Positions 1-9,300 of a stretch of DNA of 64,000 nucleotides are shown here, in pieces. Position 1 is the stretch's first letter. Each line of letters opens with the position of its first letter. The stretch spans positions 13,863 through 77,862 of the forward strand of contig USDJ01000006.1 in assembly GCA_900553395.1 (NCBI GenBank), written 5' to 3'. Both the position numbers and the translations under genes were made by a program. Source of the stretch: an uncultured Mycoplasmatota bacterium. GTDB lineage: Bacteria > Bacillota_I > Bacilli_A > RF39 > UBA660. Below the pieces are notes generated by a model. The model did not search any database and had not been told where the DNA came from. It saw only the letters and a program-made list of their open reading frames with translations.

Positions 1-78
1 TGCTACTACAGCATTCCTTATTCTTTTTTCTTTTGGAGTATATTTATCAACTATTTCTTTATATTCTCTCTTCTCCAT
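1..78 (-). CDS. 5' end of a gene that runs out of the window; N-terminus resembles stage V sporulation protein AC (SpoVAC)
   Basis: ATG at 78-76 is preceded by GGGAGGA (92-86). The translation MEKREYKEIVDKYTPKEKRIRNAVVA fits the remembered SpoVAC N-terminal pattern (Y..xV....PK......N). Only 26 aa are visible. Confidence 0.4.
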   Translation of the reverse strand, partial: MEKREYKEIVDKYTPKEKRIRNAVVA

Positions 79-120
79 AAAAAAATCCTCCCAAAAATAT
101 TATGGGAAGATTTTCAAGTT

Positions 121-468
121 TTATTCACAATTACTTTTTTGAAATTTATACGAATAATTTCCGGCTTCAGATTTTATTAGGACTGATCCGGCTAATTTCT
201 GATCATTAATCATATTTTTTAAATTATCAGATTTTATATAGTTTTCACTTAGTAAATACTTTAATTCTACGCATTCAACATCACGATCCATTCCTTCATT
301 TAAATAATAATTTTTAGCAGCTTCTTCTATATTTGCAATTTGAGTTTTAGATAAACTTTTTCTAGAAGACGATATTAAATTCTTTACAGATACTAATGTA
401 ATAGATGCTATTACAGCAAGTATAACTATTACAGATAAAAGTTCTATTAATGTAAATCCCTTTTTCAT
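121..468 (-). CDS. Type IV pilin / pseudopilin-like protein (prepilin N-terminal cleavage-methylation domain)
   Basis: N-terminus MKKGFTLIELLSVIVILAVIA is a class III signal (G|FTLIE) followed by a hydrophobic helix. The size of 115 aa is typical of ComGC/GspG-like minor pilins. Confidence 0.8.
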   Translation of the reverse strand: MKKGFTLIELLSVIVILAVIASITLVSVKNLISSSRKSLSKTQIANIEEAAKNYYLNEGMDRDVECVELKYLLSENYIKSDNLKNMINDQKLAGSVLIKSEAGNYSYKFQKSNCE

Positions 469-526
469 AGTGTCCTTCTTTCAAATTTCAAAAAAAGAAC
501 AATCAAATTGTCCTTTTAAATACTAA

Positions 527-602
527 TGGTGGACTGTTAGGGATTCGAACCCTAGACCCACTGATTAAGAGTCAGTTGCTCTACCAACTGAGCTAACAGT
601 CC
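527..602 (-). tRNA. tRNA-Lys (anticodon CUU), CCA encoded
   Basis: The reverse complement GGACTGTTAGCTCAGTTGGTAGAGCAACTGACTCTTAATCAGTGGGTCTAGGGTTCGAATCCCTAACAGTCCACCA folds as a cloverleaf. It has a 7-bp acceptor stem, GCTC/GAGC D stem, ACTGA/TCAGT anticodon stem with loop CT-CTT-AA, and TAGGG/CCCTA T stem with a TTCGAAT loop. Confidence 0.92.
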
Positions 603-702
603 AAATGTAATCAAAACTATCAAGGAAATTCAATTACTAATAAAGTATATCATATTTTTATAAAAAAATAAATACTAAATTTTAAAAAAATTAAAAATTA
701 AA

Positions 703-722
703 AGTGTATGATTTCATACACT
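703..722 (-). terminator. Intrinsic terminator after the NTase-ABC gene
   Basis: AGTGTATG-ATTT-CATACACT forms an 8-bp hairpin 30 nt past the stop at 754, followed on the minus strand by a T-rich tract. Confidence 0.5.
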
Positions 723-753
723 TCTACCTACTTACCTTTTTACTTGCTAAAAA

Positions 754-3033
754 TTATTCTTCCATTCGACTTAGCTTATTATAAAATTCACAATTTTCTA
801 ATAGTTTCTTATGATTTCCACAAGATATAATTTTTCCTTTATCTAATACCATTATTTTCTTACAGTCTTTAATCATATTTAATTCATGAGTAACAACTAT
901 TATTGTATGGTCCTTTTTTATATTATTTATTACTTTTTTTATTATAGAACTCGTATTGTTATCTAGTGAACTCGTAATTTCGTCTAATAAAATTATCGGT
1001 GTATTTCTTATAAGAGCACGCGCTATAGCTAGTCTTTGCCTTTCACCACCAGATAGGTTAACACCACCTTCACCTATCATAGTATCATATTTATTTGGAA
1101 GTGATTCTATAAATTCATCAAGGCAAACCAAGTTCATAACATTATTAATTTCCTCAGTTGTAATATTGCTTTTTACAAGGCGTAAATTATCTCTTATACT
1201 CATGTCAAATAAATAAGGATTTTGACTAATAACAGAAATAGTATTTCTCAAATATGATTCGCTTAATTCATTTATATTAATATTATCTATTAAAACAATA
1301 CCATTAGTCGCACTATGAATTTTACTTATAAGATTTAAAATAGTAGTTTTACCACTGCCACTTAAACCTACTATAGCAGCTTCCTCAAACGGTCCAACTT
1401 TAAATGAACAGTTTTTTAAAACAGGTTTAGTTTTGTAGCTAAAATCTACGTTTTTAAATTCTATCATACCAGTTGATTTTATTAACTCCTTATTGCCAAA
1501 TGATTCTTTTTTATAATCATCTTTGTTTAAAAGACTAAATATTCTATCACAAGATAAATTGAAATTAGCACGTATATCCATAAAATTAACTAATCTATTT
1601 AAAGACGTAAAGACACTCGTTCTATACATAAATATAATAACAAATGACTCACTCGACAATTGATTATTTTTAACTAATAATAATCCAACAAGTATTACTA
1701 CCCCTAAAGCAAAAAGTTCTACAAAACTTGATGCTTTATTATATATATTTTGATAATATTCTCCTTTAAATTCCAATTCTCCAGCCTTTGAAAATGATTT
1801 TACAGTTCTATCAATATAACTATTTTTTAGATTTAAAGATTTAATATCCCCTATTCCAGAAACCATTTCTCCTAAAATAGTAGAATACTTTTCCTGCTCG
1901 ATTAAGAATTTATTTTTTTCACACATTTTTTTCTTAATACCTATCATTTTTATTTTATATATAATTATAATGAAGATTAAAAATATTAATCCTAAGATCC
2001 AATTTAGATAAAAAATATATAATAATACCCCGAAGTTTCCTAGCCCATTTATTAATATATCTTTTATCTTATTAAAAGAAGATGCTATTTCATTTGGATC
2101 ATCTTTTATTTTATTTATAAATGAACCACTACTATTCTCAGTAAAATTAGAAATATCAAAATCTACTACATTTTTAGCTATTTGACTTCTTATATTAAAT
2201 ACCATCTGCTTCATTATAACAAGATAAAGCTTAGATAAATAGAAAGATGACATTATAGTTATAAGTTTTAGTGCAATCATAAATATAATAATTACTAAAA
2301 CATTTCTATATCCCCCATATAAAAGATTCGTTACTATATTTCCAGAAAGTGCTGGAGTTATCGCATAAGATAGTGCAATAACAATTCCAAGAAAAATAAT
2401 TAGTTTAAATTCTCTTTTTACTCCATCTAAAAATCTAAAGCACTTTCTAAAGTTTCCATTAATAATCTTATTTTTATATATTTTAGTCTTTTTCCGAAAC
2501 ATTTCAACGTGCCATTTAAATCTTTTTCTTTTAACTTTTACCCTTTTATTACTACCAGTTATATATTTTACAAATCTAATAAGCTTTTTTAACCTTCTTT
2601 TATCTCCAACAGTAGGTTGTTTATCAAAATTCATTTGAGTTATAGTTCTATTTTTATAAGAAAATGTCGCTCCAATTGGAATCAATAGTTTCTTTTCAAT
2701 GTCAAAAAATAACAAGTCGGTATCATATGTCACAACATCCAGTAAATCGTCTATAGTAGATAAATCTATTTCCATCCCATTATAATTTATTTTATAACCG
2801 CCAAATACGTTATATTTATATTTAATATGATATTTATCTAAGAACTGCTTTATTTCACACTTTTTTTGAGACAAAACTACAAAGTCTAAATCTCTTACTT
2901 TCTCACCCATAATTAAGCTTCTTATTGCTCCACCAAAAAGTAAAACAATTCCGTCAAACTTAAAGTCATATATTATCGGAAATGTTTCATGAATAAATTT
3001 ATCTATTACGTTTACATCTACATCATTTAGCAT
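754..3033 (-). CDS. ABC exporter half-transporter (TMD+NBD) with an extra N-terminal ~200-aa nucleotidyltransferase-fold domain
   Basis: The NBD has Walker A GLSGSGKTT, signature LSGGERQRLAIARAL, Walker B ILLDEITSSLD and VVTHEL. About six TM helices span aa ~205-500. The N-terminal domain carries GGAIRSLIMGEKVRDLDFVV (GGxxR...DxD, CCA-adding/poly(A)-polymerase-head or LicD-like) and is paralogous to ORF 3046-3624. Confidence 0.85.
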   Translation of the reverse strand: MLNDVDVNVIDKFIHETFPIIYDFKFDGIVLLFGGAIRSLIMGEKVRDLDFVVLSQKKCEIKQFLDKYHIKYKYNVFGGYKINYNGMEIDLSTIDDLLDVVTYDTDLLFFDIEKKLLIPIGATFSYKNRTITQMNFDKQPTVGDKRRLKKLIRFVKYITGSNKRVKVKRKRFKWHVEMFRKKTKIYKNKIINGNFRKCFRFLDGVKREFKLIIFLGIVIALSYAITPALSGNIVTNLLYGGYRNVLVIIIFMIALKLITIMSSFYLSKLYLVIMKQMVFNIRSQIAKNVVDFDISNFTENSSGSFINKIKDDPNEIASSFNKIKDILINGLGNFGVLLYIFYLNWILGLIFLIFIIIIYKIKMIGIKKKMCEKNKFLIEQEKYSTILGEMVSGIGDIKSLNLKNSYIDRTVKSFSKAGELEFKGEYYQNIYNKASSFVELFALGVVILVGLLLVKNNQLSSESFVIIFMYRTSVFTSLNRLVNFMDIRANFNLSCDRIFSLLNKDDYKKESFGNKELIKSTGMIEFKNVDFSYKTKPVLKNCSFKVGPFEEAAIVGLSGSGKTTILNLISKIHSATNGIVLIDNININELSESYLRNTISVISQNPYLFDMSIRDNLRLVKSNITTEEINNVMNLVCLDEFIESLPNKYDTMIGEGGVNLSGGERQRLAIARALIRNTPIILLDEITSSLDNNTSSIIKKVINNIKKDHTIIVVTHELNMIKDCKKIMVLDKGKIISCGNHKKLLENCEFYNKLSRMEE

Positions 3034-3045
3034 ATTTTACCTTCT

Positions 3046-3624
3046 TTATTTATCTAAAAACTTTAATATCTTACTAGGGTGTCTAAAAAATGATTTTATC
3101 AGTTCATAAACTCTATTATATCTGCGTTTAATCTTTACCTTTTTCTTGTCTTTACTTAAAAATTCAACAAACTTTTTTGCTTTTTTTACTCTCACTTTGG
3201 TTCTAAAATAACTCTGATAATAATATTCTATAACTACATTTTTCTTTATTGTATTTTTTATTCCCATAGGAATTAAGACTTTTCTTTTAATATCATAAAA
3301 TAAAAAGTCAGTGCTTAAATGTCCTGCATCATATAAATCACTTGTACAAGTTAAATCTATATCCAATCCATTATAGGTTATTTTATATCCCTTATATATA
3401 TTTTTCTTAAACTTAAGATCATACTTATCTATAAACTTTTCTATTTCACAATCTTTTGTGGTTAATAGCACGAAATCCAAATCTTTTATAGGTTTATTCA
3501 TTATGATATCTTTTATAGAACCACCAAAGAGTAAAATAAGCCCATTAAATTCAAAATCATATATCATTGGAAATAACTTACGAATAGATTTATCCAATTT
3601 ATTTATATCAATATTTTCAAACAT
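3046..3624 (-). CDS. Stand-alone nucleotidyltransferase-fold protein, paralog of the N-terminal domain of the adjacent ABC exporter
   Basis: FGGSIKDIIMNKPIKDLDFVLL motif, colinear with aa 1-200 of ORF 754-3033 (PxIYDFxFxG, YNGxxIDL, DxLFxDI, LIPxG). The likely start is ATG at 3624 (MFENID) after GGAAGTAGTGA. The track start at 3642 is a TTG. Confidence 0.7.
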   Translation of the reverse strand: MFENIDINKLDKSIRKLFPMIYDFEFNGLILLFGGSIKDIIMNKPIKDLDFVLLTTKDCEIEKFIDKYDLKFKKNIYKGYKITYNGLDIDLTCTSDLYDAGHLSTDFLFYDIKRKVLIPMGIKNTIKKNVVIEYYYQSYFRTKVRVKKAKKFVEFLSKDKKKVKIKRRYNRVYELIKSFFRHPSKILKFLDK

Positions 3625-3632
3625 TATAATCA

Positions 3633-5717
3633 CTACTTCCAATATGCATAAAAGTTTTTATGAGGTTTTTTTTCTTCCTCTTTGGTATAATCTACATATA
3701 AATTATTAAGATACTTCTTATATTCCTTTGGCGCCGGATATTTTTTATCTCTAAAGTTAACTATAACAGTTTTCTTAAATATATCGCTATCCATTATCTC
3801 TCTATCATATTTATAATGACAAACAATTCCAGACTTGTTACACTCTTCCATAGAATGCTTTTTACAAATCCTATCTACTAGTTTGGCAAAAAAATTATTT
3901 GGAAATATATATGTAAATATACTTGCTGTTTTATATAGTACTTTTTCAAATATATTTCTCTTTTCTAGATAACATCCCCACTTGCTCATGTTTAGCATTT
4001 TTAAAATTTTAACAAAATTTAGATATGTTTTACTAGGAGCACCATCTATTGGAAATATATCTATAAATACTCCATAATCTTTTATATGATTTTTACATTC
4101 GAATGCTATAGTATTAGAATTTACTAATTTGGCATATGGACAATAATAATCTTTGTTGTTTGGCGTTAATAATATTAATTCATTATTATCACTATAACTA
4201 TTTATAAATTTCTCGTATTCTACCCTAGGCATTATAATATCTATATCATCGTCCCAAGGAAAAAAATCTTTTCTTAAAATAGCACCCGCTAATGTGCCAC
4301 AACCTAAAAAATATTTTATATTATTTTTTTTACAAAAAGAGTCAAAGTTATTTAACATATCATATTGTAAATCTTGTATCTCACTTATACTTAATCTACT
4401 TCCTAACTTATAATCCTTATTAGGTTTTAGTTCTGAAGATAGAAGTCCTAGCACCACATAGTATAATGGGGCTACTGAGATAATACTTATATTAAAGAAT
4501 GCTTGTACAGAGTATCCAATAAAGCTTAAGAATAAGCAAATGAATATATAATCCTTACTATTTTTTTCTTTAAATATCTTTTTAATAGAAAGATAAAATA
4601 TTGTAAATAACAGGCTTAAGTACGCTAAAAGAGAAAATATTCCTTCTGTAACAAGTTTTTGTAAATATTCGTTGTGAGCCTTATCTACATATAAGCCACT
4701 TTTAATATCTATCAAGTGTTCGTCTTCAAAAGCATAATAAAAATTGTCGATTCCTGCGCCAGTAAATATATATTTAGGTACTATTTTTAATGTTTCTCTC
4801 CATATGTGAATTCTTCCTGTTCCATATGAATCTTTTATATCACCTTTGCTTACTGAAACCATTTCATTAGACGTTCTTTTAATTTCTCTTGCAAAGTGTC
4901 CATTGTTATTATAGCTAAAGTTATTAAAAATAAATATACAAGAAATAACTAAAATTATTGATTTTAAAATAGTAGTTTTTAAATTAAAATTCATAACTAT
5001 AATCAAAAATATAATAAATATAACGAGAACTGCAAGTGCTACTACAGCACTCATTGTTCCAGAAGTTAAAAGCCCTAGGAAAAATAAATTAACAATTAAA
5101 AAGCCTAATATACTATATTTAAGTTCATTCCTACTAAAAAATAGACCTAATGATATACTTAAGTTAATAACCATTACAGATCCTAAAAAATTAGGATTTA
5201 CTTCTAAACCAGTAGAATACCAAGCATTTTTAAGAATAGGAATAAATAGTATACTATCTACCTTATAAAATTGCATTATAGCATATGTTGCCTGCATGAT
5301 TCCTGTAAATAATATTAAACTTAATATTATATTTTTGCTTTTTTTATTATTTAAGTCTTTACAATTCAAAAATATAATATAATACGTAATGATTTGTAAA
5401 AAGCCTTCATTCCTTCCAGGACTTCCTAATAATGCAACATTAAAATTTACTGAAAATACAAGTGAAACAAAAGCTAACACAACCAGTATAAATATAAATT
5501 TATTAAAAATATTATCATCTATATTAAACAATTTTCTTTTTACTTTAAAAATAACAAGTCCAATAGTGCCTAATAGTGCTATACCTATCGAAAAAGAAGA
5601 AATACTAAAGTCATTATAAATATGTAATATATCACCAACTAAAAGAAACAGTATAAAACTGCATATATAAATAGTTGGAATTAAATTTTTAAAATAAAGT
5701 TTAGTCTTTTCGTTCAT
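3633..5717 (-). CDS. Fusion protein: O-antigen ligase/polymerase-like polytopic membrane domain plus C-terminal LicD-family phospho-alcohol transferase domain
   Basis: About 11 hydrophobic helices with DKAHNEYLQKLVTEGIF (Wzy_C/O-antigen ligase-like HNxYL..L.E.G). The C-terminal ~250 aa carry LGCGTLAGAILRKDFFPWDDDIDIIMPRVEY (LicD motif GTLLGA.R...F.PWDDDID). Confidence 0.8.
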   Translation of the reverse strand: MNEKTKLYFKNLIPTIYICSFILFLLVGDILHIYNDFSISSFSIGIALLGTIGLVIFKVKRKLFNIDDNIFNKFIFILVVLAFVSLVFSVNFNVALLGSPGRNEGFLQIITYYIIFLNCKDLNNKKSKNIILSLILFTGIMQATYAIMQFYKVDSILFIPILKNAWYSTGLEVNPNFLGSVMVINLSISLGLFFSRNELKYSILGFLIVNLFFLGLLTSGTMSAVVALAVLVIFIIFLIIVMNFNLKTTILKSIILVISCIFIFNNFSYNNNGHFAREIKRTSNEMVSVSKGDIKDSYGTGRIHIWRETLKIVPKYIFTGAGIDNFYYAFEDEHLIDIKSGLYVDKAHNEYLQKLVTEGIFSLLAYLSLLFTIFYLSIKKIFKEKNSKDYIFICLFLSFIGYSVQAFFNISIISVAPLYYVVLGLLSSELKPNKDYKLGSRLSISEIQDLQYDMLNNFDSFCKKNNIKYFLGCGTLAGAILRKDFFPWDDDIDIIMPRVEYEKFINSYSDNNELILLTPNNKDYYCPYAKLVNSNTIAFECKNHIKDYGVFIDIFPIDGAPSKTYLNFVKILKMLNMSKWGCYLEKRNIFEKVLYKTASIFTYIFPNNFFAKLVDRICKKHSMEECNKSGIVCHYKYDREIMDSDIFKKTVIVNFRDKKYPAPKEYKKYLNNLYVDYTKEEEKKPHKNFYAYWK

Positions 5718-6831
5718 AAAGTTCCTCTATTTCTTCTCTATATATTTTATCCATTATTTTTAATACATTCATTATTGAGTATTTATTAATTATATCACTA
5801 TTTTTACGTCCTAACTCTAAGGCATAGCTTTTATTATTTTTTAGGGTTCTTATAGCGCCAATTAGTCCTTCTTTATCCTTTATATCCACTACGAGGCCGT
5901 TTACTCCATTACAAATCAAATCCCTATTACCTCTACAATTTGTAACAATTATAGGCTTATTTTTATACATGGCTTCCATTATATTTAAAGGTAACCCCTC
6001 CTGTTTACTAACAGAAATAACTAAGTCACTAATATCTACATATTCATTTATATTATCTTTAAACCCAAGTAATTTAACACTATCTTCTAGTCCCTTTTTC
6101 TTTATAAATTTTCTTATTTTTTTATCTCTAGCATTGTTACCTATAAGAAGTAATTTTTCATTAGTAATATTCATTTCATAAAAAGCTTTTACCAAATACA
6201 TTTGACGTTTTCTATTTGATATTTCAGCCACATAAGATATTATATAATCACTATCTTTAAATCCTAACTCTCTTATAATCTTTTTTCTTTTTGAAGTAGA
6301 AATGCTTTTTGAAAACTTTTCTTCTTTAAAACCTATACCAGGAATATATTTTATTTTAGTCTTAAAATGCTTTTTAGCAAAATTATAATCCTCTTCATTC
6401 ATGGTAATTATAAGATCCGTATATTTTGACAAAATTTTCTCTATTGGGAAAAATAAAATCCAATTAATCCAAGGACATCCTTTAAAAAAATGAAATCCGT
6501 GAGCCGTATATATGACTTTAACATTATTTTTTTTTCTATAATGTAAAGCTGCTAATCTAGTAACTACTGCGGCACTTGGCGTATTTGTGTGAATTATATC
6601 ATATTTTTCTGTTTCTATTATTTTTTTTAATATAAAGATTGACTTTATATTATCTAACTTAAATGGGGTTCTCTTTATTGGAACTGAATAGCACTTAGAT
6701 GCATATTCAAGTTCTTTATTAGATGAAGTGGCTGTATGAACTATAAATCCGTTATCATTAAACCATTTTAAGTATGGTATATGACACAGATATAAATGTA
6801 TATATGTATTAGAAGTATAAAGTACTTTCAT
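5701..6831 (-). CDS. Glycosyltransferase family 4 (GT-B, Glycos_transf_1)
   Basis: C-terminal EGLPLNIMEAMYKNKPIIVTNCRGNRDLICNGVNG matches the E..G....EAM..G.P....G motif. RBS GGAGTGA precedes the ATG at 6831. Confidence 0.8.
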   Translation of the reverse strand: MKVLYTSNTYIHLYLCHIPYLKWFNDNGFIVHTATSSNKELEYASKCYSVPIKRTPFKLDNIKSIFILKKIIETEKYDIIHTNTPSAAVVTRLAALHYRKKNNVKVIYTAHGFHFFKGCPWINWILFFPIEKILSKYTDLIITMNEEDYNFAKKHFKTKIKYIPGIGFKEEKFSKSISTSKRKKIIRELGFKDSDYIISYVAEISNRKRQMYLVKAFYEMNITNEKLLLIGNNARDKKIRKFIKKKGLEDSVKLLGFKDNINEYVDISDLVISVSKQEGLPLNIMEAMYKNKPIIVTNCRGNRDLICNGVNGLVVDIKDKEGLIGAIRTLKNNKSYALELGRKNSDIINKYSIMNVLKIMDKIYREEIEELYERKD

Positions 6832-6990
6832 ATAATCACTCCATATTAATTATAACTTATACATATTTAAAAGACAAGATTAAATTAAAAAGTATTAAAA
6901 TACAAAAGTTATTTTTTATCAATTATTAAAGATTAATTTACTTATATTAATAATAACTAGTTGAAGACTACTTGCTTATATAAAAGAAAA

Positions 6991-7014
6991 AAAGATTGAG
7001 CTTTTTCAATCTTT
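6991..7014 (-). terminator. Intrinsic terminator after frr
   Basis: AAAGATTG(A)-loop-(T)CAATCTTT forms an 8-9 bp stem immediately after the frr stop, followed by TTTTTTTCTTTT on the minus strand. Confidence 0.7.
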
Positions 7015-7020
7015 TAAGAA

Positions 7021-7563
7021 CTAAACAGTCATTAATTCTTGTTCTTTTACTTTAAACTTTTCATCTACTATTTTGTTATATTTATTTATTAGCTCTTGAA
7101 TTTCTTCTTGAGCACGTTTTTTATCATCTTCTGGCATTTCTAATTTTTTAACGTCGTTATTAGCATCTTGTCTTATATTTCTTAATGCTATTTTGCAATC
7201 TTCTGAATATTCTTTAGCTTGTTTTACATAATTTCTTCTTGTTTCTTCTGTAAGAGCTGGAATATTCAAAATAATTACTTCCCCATTATTATTTGGAGTT
7301 ATTCCAATATTAGCTTCATAGATAGCTTTTTCTATTGTACTAATACTTGTTTTATCAAAAGGCTTAATCATAAGTTGTCTAGCTTCTGGTATTGATATTG
7401 TTGCTAACTGTTTAAGTGGAGTATCTGAACCATAGTAGTTTACCATAACACCATCTAACATACTAGGGTTAGCGCGTCCAGCACGAATGTTTAAAAGCCT
7501 TTTTTCCATATTTTCTATAGCATTTTCCATAGACATTTCTGTTTCCATTAAGATTTCTTCCAT
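7021..7563 (-). CDS. frr: Ribosome recycling factor
   Basis: LLNIRAGRANPSMLDGVMVNYYGSDTPLKQLATISIPEARQLMIKPFD is characteristic of RRF. RBS AGGAGGAA is upstream. Confidence 0.95.
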   Translation of the reverse strand: MEEILMETEMSMENAIENMEKRLLNIRAGRANPSMLDGVMVNYYGSDTPLKQLATISIPEARQLMIKPFDKTSISTIEKAIYEANIGITPNNNGEVIILNIPALTEETRRNYVKQAKEYSEDCKIALRNIRQDANNDVKKLEMPEDDKKRAQEEIQELINKYNKIVDEKFKVKEQELMTV

Positions 7564-7571
7564 AATTCCTC

Positions 7572-9251
7572 CTATTTAATATTTTCTATTTCTTCTATAG
7601 CACTATCAATATTTATTTCTTTAATTTCTTCACTACTTCTTAGTTTTAATTCTACTATATCATCTGATACTTTCTTACCAATAGTTATTCTTACTGGAAT
7701 ACCTATTAGATCCATATCATTAAACTTAACTCCAGGACGTACATCTCTATCATCTAAAATAGTATCTATTCCAAGATTATTTAGTCTATTATATAAGTCT
7801 TGAGCTATTCCTACTTGTTTTTCATCTTTAGTAGATATAATTATGATTGCCACTTTATAAGGCGCTATAGAATAAGGCCATATTATACCTTTATCATCGT
7901 GTGACTGTTCTACAACACTGGCCATCACTCTAGGTACACCCAATCCATAACATCCCATATAAGGATAATTTAACTTGTTATCTTTATCCAAATAACTTAT
8001 ATTTAAAGCTTCACAATATTTAGTACCTAATTTAAATAAGTTTCCTACTTCTATTCCTCTTTTGAAATATAATTCACCATTACATTTTGGACACTTATCA
8101 CCTTCTACTGGCTGCTTTATATCACCTACGATATCGTATTTAAAATCGCTTACATTTCCATTTATATAGTGATAATTTTCCTTATTAGCTCCAAAGCAGA
8201 AGTTTCTCATATGTAAAATCTCATCGTCAATTACTATTTTAGCTTTTAAATCTTTTGGGCCAGTAAAACCAGGTACTGCATTTGATTTTTCAATCAATGC
8301 ATCATCTGCAAAATTAAATTCTTCAACACCCATTAATCTGCACACCTTAGCTTCACTTAATTCTCTATCGCCTCTAATAAAGAATACGACAAATTCACCA
8401 TTAACATTCATAAGTAATGCTTTAACACTGTTTTTTTTGTCAATATTTAAAAATTCGCAAACATCATCTATAGATTTACAATTTGGTGTTTCTACTAATT
8501 CTAAACTCTTATATTCATCAGTACTGTCTTCAATAGCTACGCTTGCAACTTCAACGTTTGTAGCATAATTACAATTTGAACAAAGCGCTAATAGATCCTC
8601 ACCAGTATCTGTTATAGCTTGATATTCCTCTGATAAAAAGCCACCCATAAGTCCTGTATCAGCTCTTACAATCTTATAATCTAAACCTATTCTGTCAAAT
8701 ATTTTATTATATGCAACATACATTTTTTTGTATGAATTATCAAGCCCTTCTAAATCTACATCAAAGCTATAAGCATCTTTCATGATAAACTCTCTAACTC
8801 TAATAAGCCCTAATCTAGGCCTTACTTCATCTCTATATTTATTACCTATTTGATATAAATTAAAAGGCATATCTTTATAGCTTTTTATCATAGAACCGGC
8901 TGCCATAGCAAATAATTCTTCGTGTGTTGGTCCAAGTGCTAAAGGACGATTATATCTATCCTTTAATTTAAACATACTACTGCCGAAATTATTAAGTCTT
9001 CCACTAGCTTCAAATACTTCTTGAGGAAGTAATTGTGGCATTCTAAGTTCTTGAGCACCAGCATTATTCATTTCTTCCCTAACAATATTTTCTATATTTT
9101 GTAAAACCTTTAATCCAAGTGGCATATATGTATAAATACCATTTCCGACTTTTTTTATCATACCTGATTTTACTAACAAATTGCCACTAATAGACTCTTC
9201 ATCACGTACATTTTCTCTTAATGTATAAAAAAATGAATTACTAAGTCTCAT
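7572..9251 (-). CDS. proS: Proline--tRNA ligase (bacterial type with insertion/editing domain)
   Basis: Length 559 aa. Class II aaRS motifs YQIGNKYRDEVRPRLGLIRVREFIMKDAYSF and GCYGLGVPRVMA are present. Confidence 0.93.
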   Translation of the reverse strand: MRLSNSFFYTLRENVRDEESISGNLLVKSGMIKKVGNGIYTYMPLGLKVLQNIENIVREEMNNAGAQELRMPQLLPQEVFEASGRLNNFGSSMFKLKDRYNRPLALGPTHEELFAMAAGSMIKSYKDMPFNLYQIGNKYRDEVRPRLGLIRVREFIMKDAYSFDVDLEGLDNSYKKMYVAYNKIFDRIGLDYKIVRADTGLMGGFLSEEYQAITDTGEDLLALCSNCNYATNVEVASVAIEDSTDEYKSLELVETPNCKSIDDVCEFLNIDKKNSVKALLMNVNGEFVVFFIRGDRELSEAKVCRLMGVEEFNFADDALIEKSNAVPGFTGPKDLKAKIVIDDEILHMRNFCFGANKENYHYINGNVSDFKYDIVGDIKQPVEGDKCPKCNGELYFKRGIEVGNLFKLGTKYCEALNISYLDKDNKLNYPYMGCYGLGVPRVMASVVEQSHDDKGIIWPYSIAPYKVAIIIISTKDEKQVGIAQDLYNRLNNLGIDTILDDRDVRPGVKFNDMDLIGIPVRITIGKKVSDDIVELKLRSSEEIKEINIDSAIEEIENIK

Positions 9252-9300
9252 TTTATCAACTCCTATCTCATTATAACAAAATATATAATAAAATAAAAGA

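Noticed and set aside
956-1216. Plus-strand ORFs of 60-190 aa lie antisense to minus-strand genes (for example 956-1216, 5389-5619, 14112-14681, 16384-16698, 47420-47791, 49761-50078 and 60566-60835).
   Set aside because: All of them lie entirely inside well-supported minus-strand genes. They have Ser/Leu/Ile/Phe-rich, low-complexity translations typical of the antisense frame of AT-rich genes, and they lack an RBS.
9252-9300. I looked for a T-box or other leader upstream of proS.
   Set aside because: Only 49 nt separate the uvrC stop from the proS start, which is too short for a T-box riboswitch.
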